Shown here: piece after piece, positions 19,810 through 33,102 of the stretch
Position numbering within the stretch: the first letter of the stretch is position 1
How the letters are laid out: each line of letters begins with the position of its first letter
Assembly: GCA_963817895.1 (NCBI GenBank)
Contig: CAWFQB010000011.1
Location: 32,001-96,000 of the forward strand
Direction: 5' to 3'
DNA: 64,000 bases
Origin: an uncultured Chthonomonadaceae bacterium
Lineage (GTDB): Bacteria > Armatimonadota > Chthonomonadetes > Chthonomonadales > Chthonomonadaceae
Translations under genes and position numbers: made by a program
The notes under the pieces: generated by a model
What the model was told of the DNA's origin: nothing
Database searches by the model: none
What the model saw: only the letters and a program-made list of their open reading frames with translations

Positions 19810-22197
19810 ATGCATAGACGAGATTTTTTAAAAGCGGGAATCGGAGCGGCAACCATGCTTGGAGCGGGAAGCAGTTTGGAAGCCGCCACTGCGGAAACAC
19901 ATTCGTTCGAAGCGCAGGCGAAACGCGAAGATACAGCCGCCGCGCCTTTGCTGTTGTGGTATGACCGACCGGCGGCGCAATGGCTGGAAGCGCTGCCGAT
20001 TGGCAACGGGCGGTTGGGCGCAATGGTATACGGAGGAATCGACAAAGAGGCCCTGCAATTAAACGAAAGCACGCTATGGGCAGGTGGTCCGCACGATTAT
20101 GACAGCCCGGAAGCCCTTGCCGCCCTCCCCGAAATACGCCGATTGGTTCTGGCCGGGGAGTGGAAGGCCGCGCAGGACAAAGTGAACGCGCATTTTATGG
20201 GGCGTCCCACCGGACAGGCGCAATATCAGACAATCGGCAATCTTGTCCTTGAGTTTGGCGTAAATTCCGGCGTCACGCAGTACCGGCGGCAGCTTGATAT
20301 GGATACGGCGATTGTCGCCACTTCCTATGTTGCCAATGGCGTTCGCTACACGCGGGAAGCATTTGTCAGCGTACCCGATCAGGTAATCGTATTGCGGCTA
20401 ACGGCGGATAAGCCCGGACAAATCGCGTTCACACTCGCGTTCGCCAGTCCACAGCAAAGCCATATCAGCGCGGGAACCGATAACACGCTGATACTGGATG
20501 GAATGGGGAGTGAAGCGCACTCCCAACCGGAGCGGGTGAAATTTCAAGCGGGGGCGCGAATCGCGGCGGAGGGCGGGCAGGTTACGGAGGAGAACAGTAG
20601 TCTGCGCGTATCAGGCGCGGATGCGGTCACGATTTTGATTTCCATCGGCAGCAGCTACCGCAATTATAACGACATCAGTGGAGATCCGGCGAAGGAAGCG
20701 GAAAAACATCTCACGGCTGCGGCTCACAAATCCTATGCTGCGCTGAAACGCGCGCATTTGGCGGACTATCAACCCCGTTTTCGCCGGTTTGCAATCCATC
20801 TGAGCGCGTCCGATATTTCCAATCGCCCGACCGACGCGCGGGTTCGTTCCTTCGCGCAGGACAACGACCCCGCTTTGCCCGCTTTGTATTGCCAGTATGG
20901 ACGGTATCTGCTGCTGTCCTGTTCGCGTCCCGGCGGGCAGCCCGCCACTTTGCAGGGATTGTGGAACGACAGTCTGAACCCGCCCTGGGGATCGAAATAC
21001 ACAATTAACATCAACACGGAAATGAACTATTGGCCTGCCGGTCCCGCCAATCTGCTGGAATGTTACGCGCCTCTTTTCGATATGCTGCGCGATTTATCCC
21101 AAACCGGCGCGAAAACAGCGCAAGCGCACTATGGCGCAGGCGGCTGGGTGTGTCACCATAACACCAATGCCTGGCGCGGCTCGGCTCCGGTGGACGGCGC
21201 GTTCTGGGGAATGTGGCCGACGGGCGGAGCCTGGCTGTGCAAAAGCATCTGGGATCATTACGAGTTTACGGGCGACAAAACCGCGCTGCAAAAGCACTAC
21301 CCGCTGATGAAGGGCGCGGCGCAGTTCTTTCTGGACGCGCTGATTGAAGAGCCGACGCGCAAGTGGCTTGTGACGTGCCCCTCCATCTCGCCAGAAAACG
21401 CGCACCATCCCGACGCCAGTATTTGCGCCGGTCCGACAATGGATAACCAGATTCTTCGGGATTTGTTCGACGCCTGTATCAAGGCGTCGGAAATTCTGAA
21501 CCGCGATGCAGACTTTCGGGAGCAGGTGAAAGCAACGCGGGCGCGATTGGCTCCCATGCAGGTCGGCAGTCAGGGGCAATTGCAGGAGTGGCTGGAGGAT
21601 TGGGACAAACGCGCCCCGGAAACGCACCACCGGCACGTTTCGCATCTGTACGGCCTGTATCCGAGCGATCAAATCACGCGCCGAAATACGCCCGAACTGT
21701 TTGCCGCCGCCCGCAAATCGCTCGAAACGCGGGGCGATGAGAGTACGGGTTGGGCAATGGCATGGCGCATCAATCTGTGGGCGCGACTGGAAGACGGCAA
21801 CCATGCGTACAAACTCATTGCTGGCCTGCTCACGCCCGCCCGAACCGCGCCCAACATGTTCGACCTGCATCCGCCGTTCCAGATTGACGGCAACTTCGGC
21901 GGCGCGTCCGGCATCCTTGAAATGCTGATCCAATCGCACAGCGGGGAATTGCATCTCCTCCCCGCCCTGCCGACCGCATGGCCGAAGGGACACCTGCGCG
22001 GCCTGCTGGCGCGAAACGGCTTTGAAGTGGAAATGGAGTGGGCGGAAGGCAAACTGCGCGAAGCCGTTATTCTCTCCCGACTTGGCAAGCCGTGTACAGT
22101 ACGTTGCGGCGAACACGCGCAAACCTTCCCGACAAAGGCAGGCCGCGCGTACCATCTGGATGCCGCCCTCACCATGCGCGAACAGGCGCATACTTAA
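19810..22197 (+). CDS. Tat-exported GH95 alpha-L-fucosidase
   Basis: RRDFLK Tat motif, EALPIGNGRLGAM, YTININTEMNYW, HRHVSHL and PFQIDGNFG. Confidence 0.92.
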   Translation: MHRRDFLKAGIGAATMLGAGSSLEAATAETHSFEAQAKREDTAAAPLLLWYDRPAAQWLEALPIGNGRLGAMVYGGIDKEALQLNESTLWAGGPHDYDSPEALAALPEIRRLVLAGEWKAAQDKVNAHFMGRPTGQAQYQTIGNLVLEFGVNSGVTQYRRQLDMDTAIVATSYVANGVRYTREAFVSVPDQVIVLRLTADKPGQIAFTLAFASPQQSHISAGTDNTLILDGMGSEAHSQPERVKFQAGARIAAEGGQVTEENSSLRVSGADAVTILISIGSSYRNYNDISGDPAKEAEKHLTAAAHKSYAALKRAHLADYQPRFRRFAIHLSASDISNRPTDARVRSFAQDNDPALPALYCQYGRYLLLSCSRPGGQPATLQGLWNDSLNPPWGSKYTININTEMNYWPAGPANLLECYAPLFDMLRDLSQTGAKTAQAHYGAGGWVCHHNTNAWRGSAPVDGAFWGMWPTGGAWLCKSIWDHYEFTGDKTALQKHYPLMKGAAQFFLDALIEEPTRKWLVTCPSISPENAHHPDASICAGPTMDNQILRDLFDACIKASEILNRDADFREQVKATRARLAPMQVGSQGQLQEWLEDWDKRAPETHHRHVSHLYGLYPSDQITRRNTPELFAAARKSLETRGDESTGWAMAWRINLWARLEDGNHAYKLIAGLLTPARTAPNMFDLHPPFQIDGNFGGASGILEMLIQSHSGELHLLPALPTAWPKGHLRGLLARNGFEVEMEWAEGKLREAVILSRLGKPCTVRCGEHAQTFPTKAGRAYHLDAALTMREQAHT

Positions 22198-22369
22198 ATT
22201 GCTATCGGCCGCGTTAAGGAGAAAAGAGAAGAGTTAGCCGCGCATGAACGCGAATACACGCAAATAGGATTGGAGGCAGGGTTTGCAGTCCTGTCCATCC
22301 TGAACAATCCTGTCTATTCTGGATTGTATTCGCGTTCATTCGCGTTCATTCGCGGCTACCTTGTATGGC

Positions 22370-24447
22370 CTACTTGGCGAGCAGGTCTTTGGCGGTCTGC
22401 ACCACCTGCTCGACGGTGAAGCCGAACTTCTTTTGCAGCTCTTTGAGCGGGGCGGACGCGCCAAAGGTTTTCATGCCGATGGCTTTGCCGCTGCGTCCCA
22501 CATAGCGTTCCCAACCGAACGTGCCTGCCTGCTCGATGGAGATACGCGCGCCACTCCGGGCGGCAGGACGGCTTCGCGGTAGGTGTCTTCCTGATCCTCG
22601 AACAGTTCCCACGAGGGCATACTGACGACTCGCGCCTTGATGCCTTCGGCCTTCAACTGCTCGAACGCGGCCACCGCCAAACCCACTTCGCTGCCGCTTG
22701 CCATGAGCAGCACGTCCGGCAGTTCGCCCGGAGTGGTGTCGGCAAGGATGTACGCGCCCTTCGCCACGCCCGCCGCGCCCGCATACACGGTTCGGTCCAG
22801 GGTGGGGCAGTTTTGACGGCTCAGAATCAGGGCGGTGGGCTGATGCCGCAACTGCATGATGATTTTCCACGACTCGACAACCTCATTGGCGTCGCCGGGG
22901 CGCAGGGTAATCAGGCCGGGAACGGATCGCAAACTCGCAAGCTGCTCAATCGGCTGATGGGTCGGCCCGTCCTCGCCCACGCCAATACTGTCGTGCGTGA
23001 AAACGTGGATGGTCGGCAGTTCCATCAGGGAACTCAGGCGAATGGCGGGGCGGGCATAGTCGCTGAAAATCAGGAAGCCGGAACCGTAGGGCCGGACTTT
23101 GCACAGCGACAGGCCGTTCAAAATCGCGCCCATCGCGTGTTCGCGGATACCGAAGTGCATGTTGCGCCCGCCGCGTTCCGTTGCGGAAAAGTCGCCCGCG
23201 CCCTCGAAGGTCAGGCGGGTTTTGGTGGACGGGGCTAAATCCGCTGAGCCGCCAATCAGCCAGGGAACATTCTTCGCCAGCGCGTTCAAAACCTTGCCGG
23301 AACTGTCGCGTCCCGCCACGCCCTTTTCATCGGCAGGAAACGTCGGCAAATCCTTGTCCCAATCGTTGGGCAATTCCCGGTGCTGCATTTTGTAGAGTTC
23401 ATCGGCCAGCTCGGGATAGGCCGCGCTGTACTGCTCGAATTTCGCCATCCAGCCGTCGCGCAATGATTTGCCTCTGGCCCCAATTCCCGCCCTGAATTCC
23501 GCCCTCACCTCGTCGGGAACCAGAAACTTCGCGTCTTCCGGCCAGCCGTAGTTGCGCTTGGTCAGGCGAATCTCCTCCTCGCCCAACGGTTCGCCGTGCG
23601 CCGCGCTTGTGTCCTGCTTGTTGGGCGCGCCATACGCGATATGGCTGTCCACAACAATAAATGTGGGCCGGTCGTTGGTGTTCTTGAACGTGTTCAGCGC
23701 GTCTTCCAGCATTTGCAGGTTGTTGGCGTCATGCACGCGAATCACGTTCCAGCCGTAGCCCGCGAACCGCGCGCCGACATCCTCGCTGAACGACAGGGAC
23801 GTGTTGCCCTCGATGCTGATGTGGTTGTTGTCATAAATCCAGCACAAGTTGGGCAGTTTGAGATGCGCGGCCAGCGAAGCGGCCTCCCCGGATATGCCCT
23901 CCTGCATGTCGCCGTCGCCGCACAGCGCGTACACGTTGTAATCGAACATCGTATAGTCGGGCTTGTTGAACTGATCCGCCATCCACTGTCCGGCAATCGC
24001 CATGCCCACGCTTGTCGCCACGCCCTGACCGAGCGGGCCGGTCGTGGATTCCACGCCCGAAGTCCAGCGGTATTCCGGGTGTCCGGGGCATTTGCTGTCC
24101 AGTTGCCGGAACCTCTTAATGTCGTCCAGCGTGACGGAGGGTTCGCCGATCTGCTCGTACTTGGCGTTGACCGATTTCACTTCCGTCAGGTGCAGAATCG
24201 AGTACAGCAGCATGGAAGCGTGGCCGATGGACAGGATAAAGCGGTCGCGGTTGGGCCAGATGGGGTCTTCCGGGTCGAAGCGCAGATGCTTCTGCCACAA
24301 TTCGTACATCACCGGGGCCATTGCCATCGCGGTTCCGGGATGCCCGGAATTGGCCTGCTGCACCGCGTCCATAGACAGAGTGCGAATAGTATTGATGCAA
24401 AGCTGTTCGTTCGCCGGGGTTACGGCGGGTATTTCCAAAGTCGTCAT
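22370..24447 (-). CDS. tkt: Transketolase, bacterial TktA-type (frameshift near 22555)
   Basis: [18 protein letters not shown] ThDP motif and [17 protein letters not shown]-terminus (FGASAP) in the adjacent frame. Confidence 0.93.
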
Positions 24448-24948
24448 CGTGTGTCCTCCTGAAGGCAGGTTGTTAGTTGTTAGGTCGTTAGGTTGTTAGG
24501 TGAATAGGATGTCATTCTCCTTTTCTCCTCTTCTCCTTTTCTCCCCTTCTGCCTGTAATTGTAGCGGTTTTTGAAAACAGGGTCAATGCACATAACCGGC
24601 GAAACGGGTAAAAAGTGCGCGGGTGTTACAAAATTCTCATTAAATTCTCATAATTTGTAACTTCGGGCGTGTTGTTACGTGTTCGGCGGCGGTTCGCGCT
24701 TAACAGCATCGAAAAAACTTCTGAATTTGTGAAAAATCACCCGCAACTTGCTATTATGCCCGCTTCAAATCGGTTATAATGCGCGTAAGCCGGTAATCGA
24801 ACCGGCATATTCTATTTCTGCACACTTGGGGTAATTTCCTATGTCACTCTAATGTTTTGAAACAAGCAAAGTTGGCATAGCCCTGCGTCCACCACAATGT
24901 TTCGCTTGTTGCCAACGCGAATTCTTCTCATTGAAAGGAGAACCGTTA

Positions 24949-27149
<2,201 letters not shown>

Positions 27150-27635
27150 CTTTTAAGACAGTTGCTTCTCCCTGATGCCCTCTCTGCGTTCGGAGGGAGA
27201 AGGGAGCGAAGGCGGAAGATGAGCGCGTTAATTACAAACTTTATGAACCTGTTCATCTTTCATTTCACAGGCAAAACTACCACACTCACTCCCTTCTCCC
27301 TGTCCGCGCAGCGGACGAATCAGGGAGAAGGGCCATCCATTGAGGGTACAAACTCCCGGTTCCACTGCGGCTGTAATGTAAAGCAGGCAAAGTTTACGCC
27401 GTTTCGGTTCTTACCTGCGCCAAGACTATGTTTTGTGTTGCCGTCCAGAACGCGCCACAACCGCATCACGAATATTCAGCAAGCCGATAGCGAAGCATAT
27501 TCGTTATCGGCTTGCTTTTGTCCGCGCATTTCTAATGCGCGGCCTTCTTACGGCCTCGTTGGAGTTGAGGTATAATTAAGATGTATGGAAGAACCCGATC
27601 AGGAATGAAGCAATATCATAACAGGAGAGGAAATC

Positions 27636-27848
27636 ATGGCAGACACGACAACAGAGCAAATCCTTGAAACATCGCGCCCCGAAACGCCCCCACGCGACTC
27701 GTTCATCACGCCGGAAATGATTGCCAGAAACCCGGTTCTCGCTGCCGCCGGAATGTTCGCCGGTGATCCGCTGTGGCAGGAGGTGCGCGAAGATATCAAG
27801 CGCAACCGTGAGCGTGTCCGTCTGGAGGAAGAGCAGGCGGAAAAGTGA
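27636..27848 (+). CDS. Small antitoxin-like protein
   Basis: SD GGAGAGG; AGMFAGDPLW motif resembles PIN-associated antitoxins; stop overlaps the GTG of a VapC-like stub. Confidence 0.55.
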   Translation: MADTTTEQILETSRPETPPRDSFITPEMIARNPVLAAAGMFAGDPLWQEVREDIKRNRERVRLEEEQAEK

Positions 27849-27880
27849 CGATCTACTTGCTCGATACCGATACATTCTAA
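27845..27880 (+). pseudogene. Truncated VapC/PIN toxin remnant
   Basis: GTG-T-I-Y-L-L-D-T-D-T-F-TAA matches the classic PIN N-terminal YLLDT motif; only 11 codons. Confidence 0.6.
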
Positions 27881-29840
27881 CTGCTCATTCCGTCGCGTCC
27901 GTGTCTTCATTCTCCGCCAGTTTCCGCGAAATCGCGTCTATTTCTTGCTGCGCCTCATTCGCGTCCTCCTGCCTGCCCATCAGCCGGTACAAATCCGCAA
28001 GGGCTTTGAGGTCGGATACGTATTCAGAATAAATTTTCCCGCCTACCCTGATGTCTTCCGCAAGCGTCTTCTTGTAGTATTCTTCCGCCAGAGTGAGTTG
28101 GTTCGCGTCTTTGTAGAAGTCCGCGATATTGTAAAGCGTGATGGCGGTTCGGGGATGCCCCTGCGGATAGGCGGCCATCTGAATCTCCAGAGCCGTTTTG
28201 TAACACTCCTCCGCTTCCGGGCGTTGCATTTTTCGATATGTCTGCGCCAGGTCGTGCCAGGTGTCGGCAGGGTGGGGATGGTTTCCAATGCTATACTCCG
28301 CCCAATACGCCAGCGTCGCGTTGTACCATTGCGCCGCTTCGGGAAGATGCCCCTGCCAGTAGAAGGACATGCCGAGGTTGTGGCGGATGACGGCCTTCTG
28401 ATACGGGTTTGTGACGCTTGCGCCGTCCGCGCGGATGGCTTCCGCTCTTTCCAGCAGTTCAAGATAGATGCTTTCCGCCTGTGGATACCGTTGTCGGCTG
28501 TTATAAACCGCTGCAAGATCGTTGTAAACGCGCAGGGTTTCCGTGTCGTTTTCGGCGGAATGTTGTTGTCGGATTGTCAGCGCCCGTTCCAGCAATTCCT
28601 GCGCCTCCTCCAGCTTGTGTTGATGATGGCAGACGTTGCCCAGATGGTGCAGGCTGACGGCGAAATCAAGGAGATATTGGAAATCAAGGGGATGTTCGGC
28701 GGCAAGTGTTTCTCGTACCGTCAGCGCGTAACGCGCATACAACGCGGCCTGCGCATAGCGGCCCTGAGTCATTAAGAATTCGCCCAGATAGCAGAGCAGC
28801 CGTCCGGCTTGCCGCGTCGCCAATTCCTTCTGCCGAACCATGTCCGCGACGGCAATGGCGTGAGGCAGAAGACGTTCGCACTTTTGCCAGTTTTCCGCTT
28901 CCGGGATGGGGAATGCGCTGTCAATCACCCGTACTGTTTTCTCCAGCCATTCCCGCTTCTGGTTGCCCAACCGGTCGGCGACAGCCATCTGCACCATGCG
29001 GTGAATGTTGAACCGGGGCGGCGGTTCCAGGTTTTTCGTGACAAGCGAGTATTGAACCAGCGGCAGCAGCAGACTGTGGTAGATTTCCTCATCCTCCACG
29101 CCACAAAAGTCCGTTTTTTCCTCGCCGTTTTGTGGCTGCGCAAGCAAGGCGTAGAGTGGCAGGCAATACTCCTTTGCGCCCGCTAAAACTAAGTCGCAGG
29201 GAATATCGTCCGCGCCGATAAATGCGCAGAAGTTAAGCAGGTCTTGCGCATACGCGCCTGGTCGTCCCGTTCCCCGTTCCGTTTCCAGCGCCAGAAAGTT
29301 CATCTCCCATGTGGCGCGTATGGAAATCAGGTAGTTTGCGCCGGGAACACCACCCGATTCATCCAACAGGGCAAGTCTCCGCGCCCGGTAAAGTTCCAGG
29401 TAGTGCGCGAAGCCGGTTTGCCGGTGAGCGATATACGCGGCGGCATGCGCCATCGCCAGAGGCAGATAATCGAGTTCTCTGGCGAGGTCAGCCGCCGATG
29501 AGCGCGCTTTTTCGTTCGCATTGAGGAAATTGCATCTCTGAAGGAAAAATTGCAGGGACGCTTCTTCGGATAGTTTTTCCAACAACAATGGCGCATGAAT
29601 GTTGAGGTGGCCTAAGTCATGCGCCCGCGTCGTCAGCAGCACATGTCCCGGCGGGTTGCGCGGAAGATACTTGCCCAAAAATTCCGGCGTGTCGGCATTG
29701 TCCATAACGAGCAGCCAATTGTTGTGATTGGCAAGCCAGTTCAGAAACGCCGCGATTGCTTTTGCCTGTTCCTCCTGTTTGCGCGCGGCGGCCTCCTCTT
29801 CTGTTTGCGAGTTTGCCTGTGTCCGCGTCTGATTTTTAAT

Positions 29841-30904
29841 AGATACTCCGACAAATAGTATATAGGCTGTTTTGAGGCAGGCTAGCGCTCAGGTGGAGCA
29901 GACACACTCCACCCGTCGAAAACCCTTTTTCCGCGTTTACTTTTCCCGGCTTACGCGCCTTGCGGCTCGCGTGTCAGCGCGATCAATTGCACCAGACCCA
30001 CCACACAGAAGCAAGTGCGACGGAACAATCCCGTCGCCAGACGATATTCATCACGCACCATCCGAAACGCTTTGACGCGCCGGATACTATGTTCGACACG
30101 CACACGCCCTGAGGAAAAGGCGCGGTTCTCTTCTTTCTGCACAGCGCTCAACGCGCCTCCGCGTGGCTTCTTGTGCGGCACTTCGCTGTGGGGTAAGCCT
30201 TGATAGGCCAGATCGCCTTTGACCGTCGCATGGGGAAACTGCTTGGCAACCGTACTCTGCTCATGCACTTTCTTGTCCGACTTCGGGCCGCGATAGCCCG
30301 CATCCACATCAAGAATGTCGCCATTGCGGTTGGTGATGACCTCGGTCTTGAGCGTGTGGTCTTTCTTCTTGCCCGAGTAGAAGGCGCGTTGCTTGGGTTC
30401 AATCGAGGGACGCGGAACCGGCGTCTCGAAACTATCCACAATCACCTGATCCACCTCCTCGGGCTTCCAGGAGGGTTCTTTCTTGGTCCAGCGTTTCTCC
30501 GCTTCCCAGCGGTTGGCCGGACACACGTCTTTGAGGACGCCGACAATCTCATGGAAGGTGTTCTCCGCCACATCGGCGCTGACGCCAAACAGCATGCCCA
30601 CCACAGAGAAGGCGACGTTGTGGCGCAGGTACAGCAGCGTCAGCAACACTTCCTGGTAGGGCTTGAGCAGGCGTTTGCGGCCGCCTCCCACCTTGCGGCG
30701 GCGCGTGGGCTTGTTGGCCTGTTCTTGTTGGCGACGGCGCTCGATTTCGGGAAGCGCTGCCAGGAAGAGTTCAGCTAAGGCGGCGTGGGGTAGTCCGAAG
30801 AGCGAACGGACTTTGTTTTCGGGATAGCGGCCAAGTTCGTGAAGGTTCATACGTCTATTCTACCCGCGCCAAGAATAAATCCAAACTTATTTGTCGGAGT
30901 ATCT
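29841..30904 (-). mobile_element. IS5-family-like insertion sequence (DDE_Tnp_4/ISL2-like)
   Basis: 17-bp TIRs agatactccgacaaata / tatttgtcggagtatct; 3-bp AAT target duplication (29838-40 and 30905-07). Confidence 0.88.
29951..30850 (-). CDS. DDE transposase
   Basis: VDSFE, YSGKKKDH, GDLAY and RVRVEHSIRRVK motifs; N-terminal HTH. Confidence 0.9.
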   Translation of the reverse strand: MNLHELGRYPENKVRSLFGLPHAALAELFLAALPEIERRRQQEQANKPTRRRKVGGGRKRLLKPYQEVLLTLLYLRHNVAFSVVGMLFGVSADVAENTFHEIVGVLKDVCPANRWEAEKRWTKKEPSWKPEEVDQVIVDSFETPVPRPSIEPKQRAFYSGKKKDHTLKTEVITNRNGDILDVDAGYRGPKSDKKVHEQSTVAKQFPHATVKGDLAYQGLPHSEVPHKKPRGGALSAVQKEENRAFSSGRVRVEHSIRRVKAFRMVRDEYRLATGLFRRTCFCVVGLVQLIALTREPQGA

Positions 30905-31662
30905 AATCAGGTTAAGCGCGGCGGCAAATTCCGCATACCGATTTTGGACGCTCTCCTCCGTACCCGCCTGTATCCAGAAAACAGTCTCGTACTCGTTCCC
31001 GTATTGCAGGGCATACTTCAGGGCCAACTAAGTCTTGCCCATGCCGCCCAACGCTGAAACCGCCAGCTTGTGTTCTCCTGCCTGAAAGCGGTCATGAAGC
31101 CTCTGCAAGTCCTCTTCGCGCCCCTGAAAACATTGGAGTTCGTAGGGAAGCGGAAATTTTGGCGCCCTTGTTGAGGCCGGCTCTTGCAGAACATATTCAT
31201 AGTGCGCGTGTTCTTCGGGAGTGATTTCCCTCGGCGCTCTTCCCTCGCCAAATATATTGAAGATGCCTTCCAAATCCGTCAGGTTTGTTCGATAGGCGTC
31301 TTGTTCCCTTCGCAGTTTGCGCAGCGTGTTTTCCGTAATGCCCATACTCGCCGCAATCCATAAGTAAGTGGCCCCGGCGTCGCGCAGTCGCGTAATTTTC
31401 GCGTCCAGCATTTGCCACCCCGTCAGCGTCAGTTGTACCGTTCCCTGCCGCATTTCCGCTGTTTCGTTCTGCGTTCCGTCTGTGGTTTCTAACAGCATTA
31501 AAAATTCCTTAAAGTCTGCGAAAGTTACCCGCAACTTGCTATTATGCGTATTGGAAGTCGCTTATAATGTCTGCAATCTGGTTATTCAACGGGCATGTTG
31601 TAGTTCTGCATACTCGGTGAAATTTCCTACGCCACTTCTATCGTTTCAAAAGGAGAAAACCT

Positions 31663-32634
31663 ATGTTGCGCCGTGTTTGTCAAGCTGTGTGCGCTTCCTT
31701 TCTTTTGCTCGGCTTTACCCCGACAGCAAAAGCTCAACTCGCGCTAACCCCGGCTGGAATTGCTGCCGGATTTGGGTTGACAACCTTTGGTACAAACTTT
31801 AACAGCCCACTGGGTATTACATTCACGCCCGATGGCGGTGTTCTCCTCGTGGAAGGTCAGAAACTTTTACATTTTGCTACGGACACAGACGGGCAGACCC
31901 CGGCGACTGCCATCAACACAACCAGCTACTCGGGCGCAGCCCCGAAGGATCTGGCAACGGTTGGTGGAAAATACTACATGACTGAGTTTAGCTCTGGTTT
32001 GATTGTGCAGGTTAATGAGGATACCTCGCTTAACCGCACTATTCTTAGCGGTCGTAACGCCCCGCTTGGTTTGTCCGTCAACCCCGTGACCGGGCATTTG
32101 TTTGCCAGCATTCAGGGAACCGGCAACATTATTGATATTGACCTGGCAACAGGAACTCCGACCCTCGTAATACCCGGACTTAGTGGTGTTGATGGCATAA
32201 CTGTCTCCGCCGATGGCACCGTTGTCTACGCGGCGGTGGCTGGGACCGGTCACCTGCAAGGTTATAATATCGCTACTCACGCTCTGGTTTTCGATGCCAG
32301 CGTGCCGACCATAGACGGCACTGCCCTCGGCACAGGAGTGTTGGCGGGCAATATATTCGCAAATACCAATAATGGTAAACTGATTGAGATTAATTTGACA
32401 ACCGGTGTCCAGACTACCATTGCGGATCATGGCTCACGCGGGGATTTTGTCGCTGTGGATCCAAACGGAACTCTGCTGGTAACGCAGACAGGTATTGTAC
32501 AGCGCCTGACCGCCCCACAGGGCGGCGGTTTTGGCAATACGCCTGAACCCGGCGCAATCGCTCTGCTGTTGGCAGGCGGACTGGTCGGAGCGGGGGTGTT
32601 CTTGCGCCGCCGAGGGGTAAACCGAGTGGCTTAG
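31663..32634 (+). CDS. PEP-CTERM surface protein, paralog of 24949-25935
   Basis: Signal peptide, shared GSRGDFV motif, TPEPG + TM + RRR tail nearly identical to the first copy. Confidence 0.85.
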   Translation: MLRRVCQAVCASFLLLGFTPTAKAQLALTPAGIAAGFGLTTFGTNFNSPLGITFTPDGGVLLVEGQKLLHFATDTDGQTPATAINTTSYSGAAPKDLATVGGKYYMTEFSSGLIVQVNEDTSLNRTILSGRNAPLGLSVNPVTGHLFASIQGTGNIIDIDLATGTPTLVIPGLSGVDGITVSADGTVVYAAVAGTGHLQGYNIATHALVFDASVPTIDGTALGTGVLAGNIFANTNNGKLIEINLTTGVQTTIADHGSRGDFVAVDPNGTLLVTQTGIVQRLTAPQGGGFGNTPEPGAIALLLAGGLVGAGVFLRRRGVNRVA

Positions 32635-33102
32635 AGGATACGACTCCTTTCGAGAGCGTTGCGCCACGCCGGGAGTTTGTACCCTCAACCTCGGCCCTTC
32701 TCCCTGTCTCAAATATTTTCGCGAAAATTTTGCAGAAATGGATTTTGGATACTTCTAAATTCGCCGTCCAACGTTAATATAACGTTGCTTGCCAAAACCA
32801 AATAACGTCCCCCAATAACAAGGGAGGGAGGTGCAAAAAGATGCCGGTTCACATCCGACAGCCTTAACCATCACAGAGGCCATGAACGTCTCTTCATAAA
32901 AACTTGACACAACGAGACCGAGTGCTGGAAGCGCTGCATTGCCACTATTTCGACAACGTCTCTACATATTCCCCTCCCCCTTCAGTCTTGACGCGCAGGC
33001 AGAGTACGCATACTTTCCGCTTCCGCCTGCGTAATACCTTTCAGAGAACACATTCGCAACGTGGAGGCAACATTCGTTTGCCGCCAAAGGAGTTTCGCTG
33101 AA

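Larger units (their letters stand above)
27885..31498 (-). pseudogene. HTH-like + NB-ARC + TPR STAND protein, interrupted by an IS and one in-frame TAG
   Basis: FQGREEDL, ALGGMGKT*LALKYA, VFWIQA, WLLVMDNAD, LLTTR, LPLAM, IHRMVQ and TPRs; frame is continuous after removing the IS plus one AAT. Confidence 0.85.

Noticed and set aside
32821..32867. SD-led 8-codon ORF MPVHIRQP
   Set aside because: The SD is strong, but there is no recognisable homology, attenuator or context to support a function.
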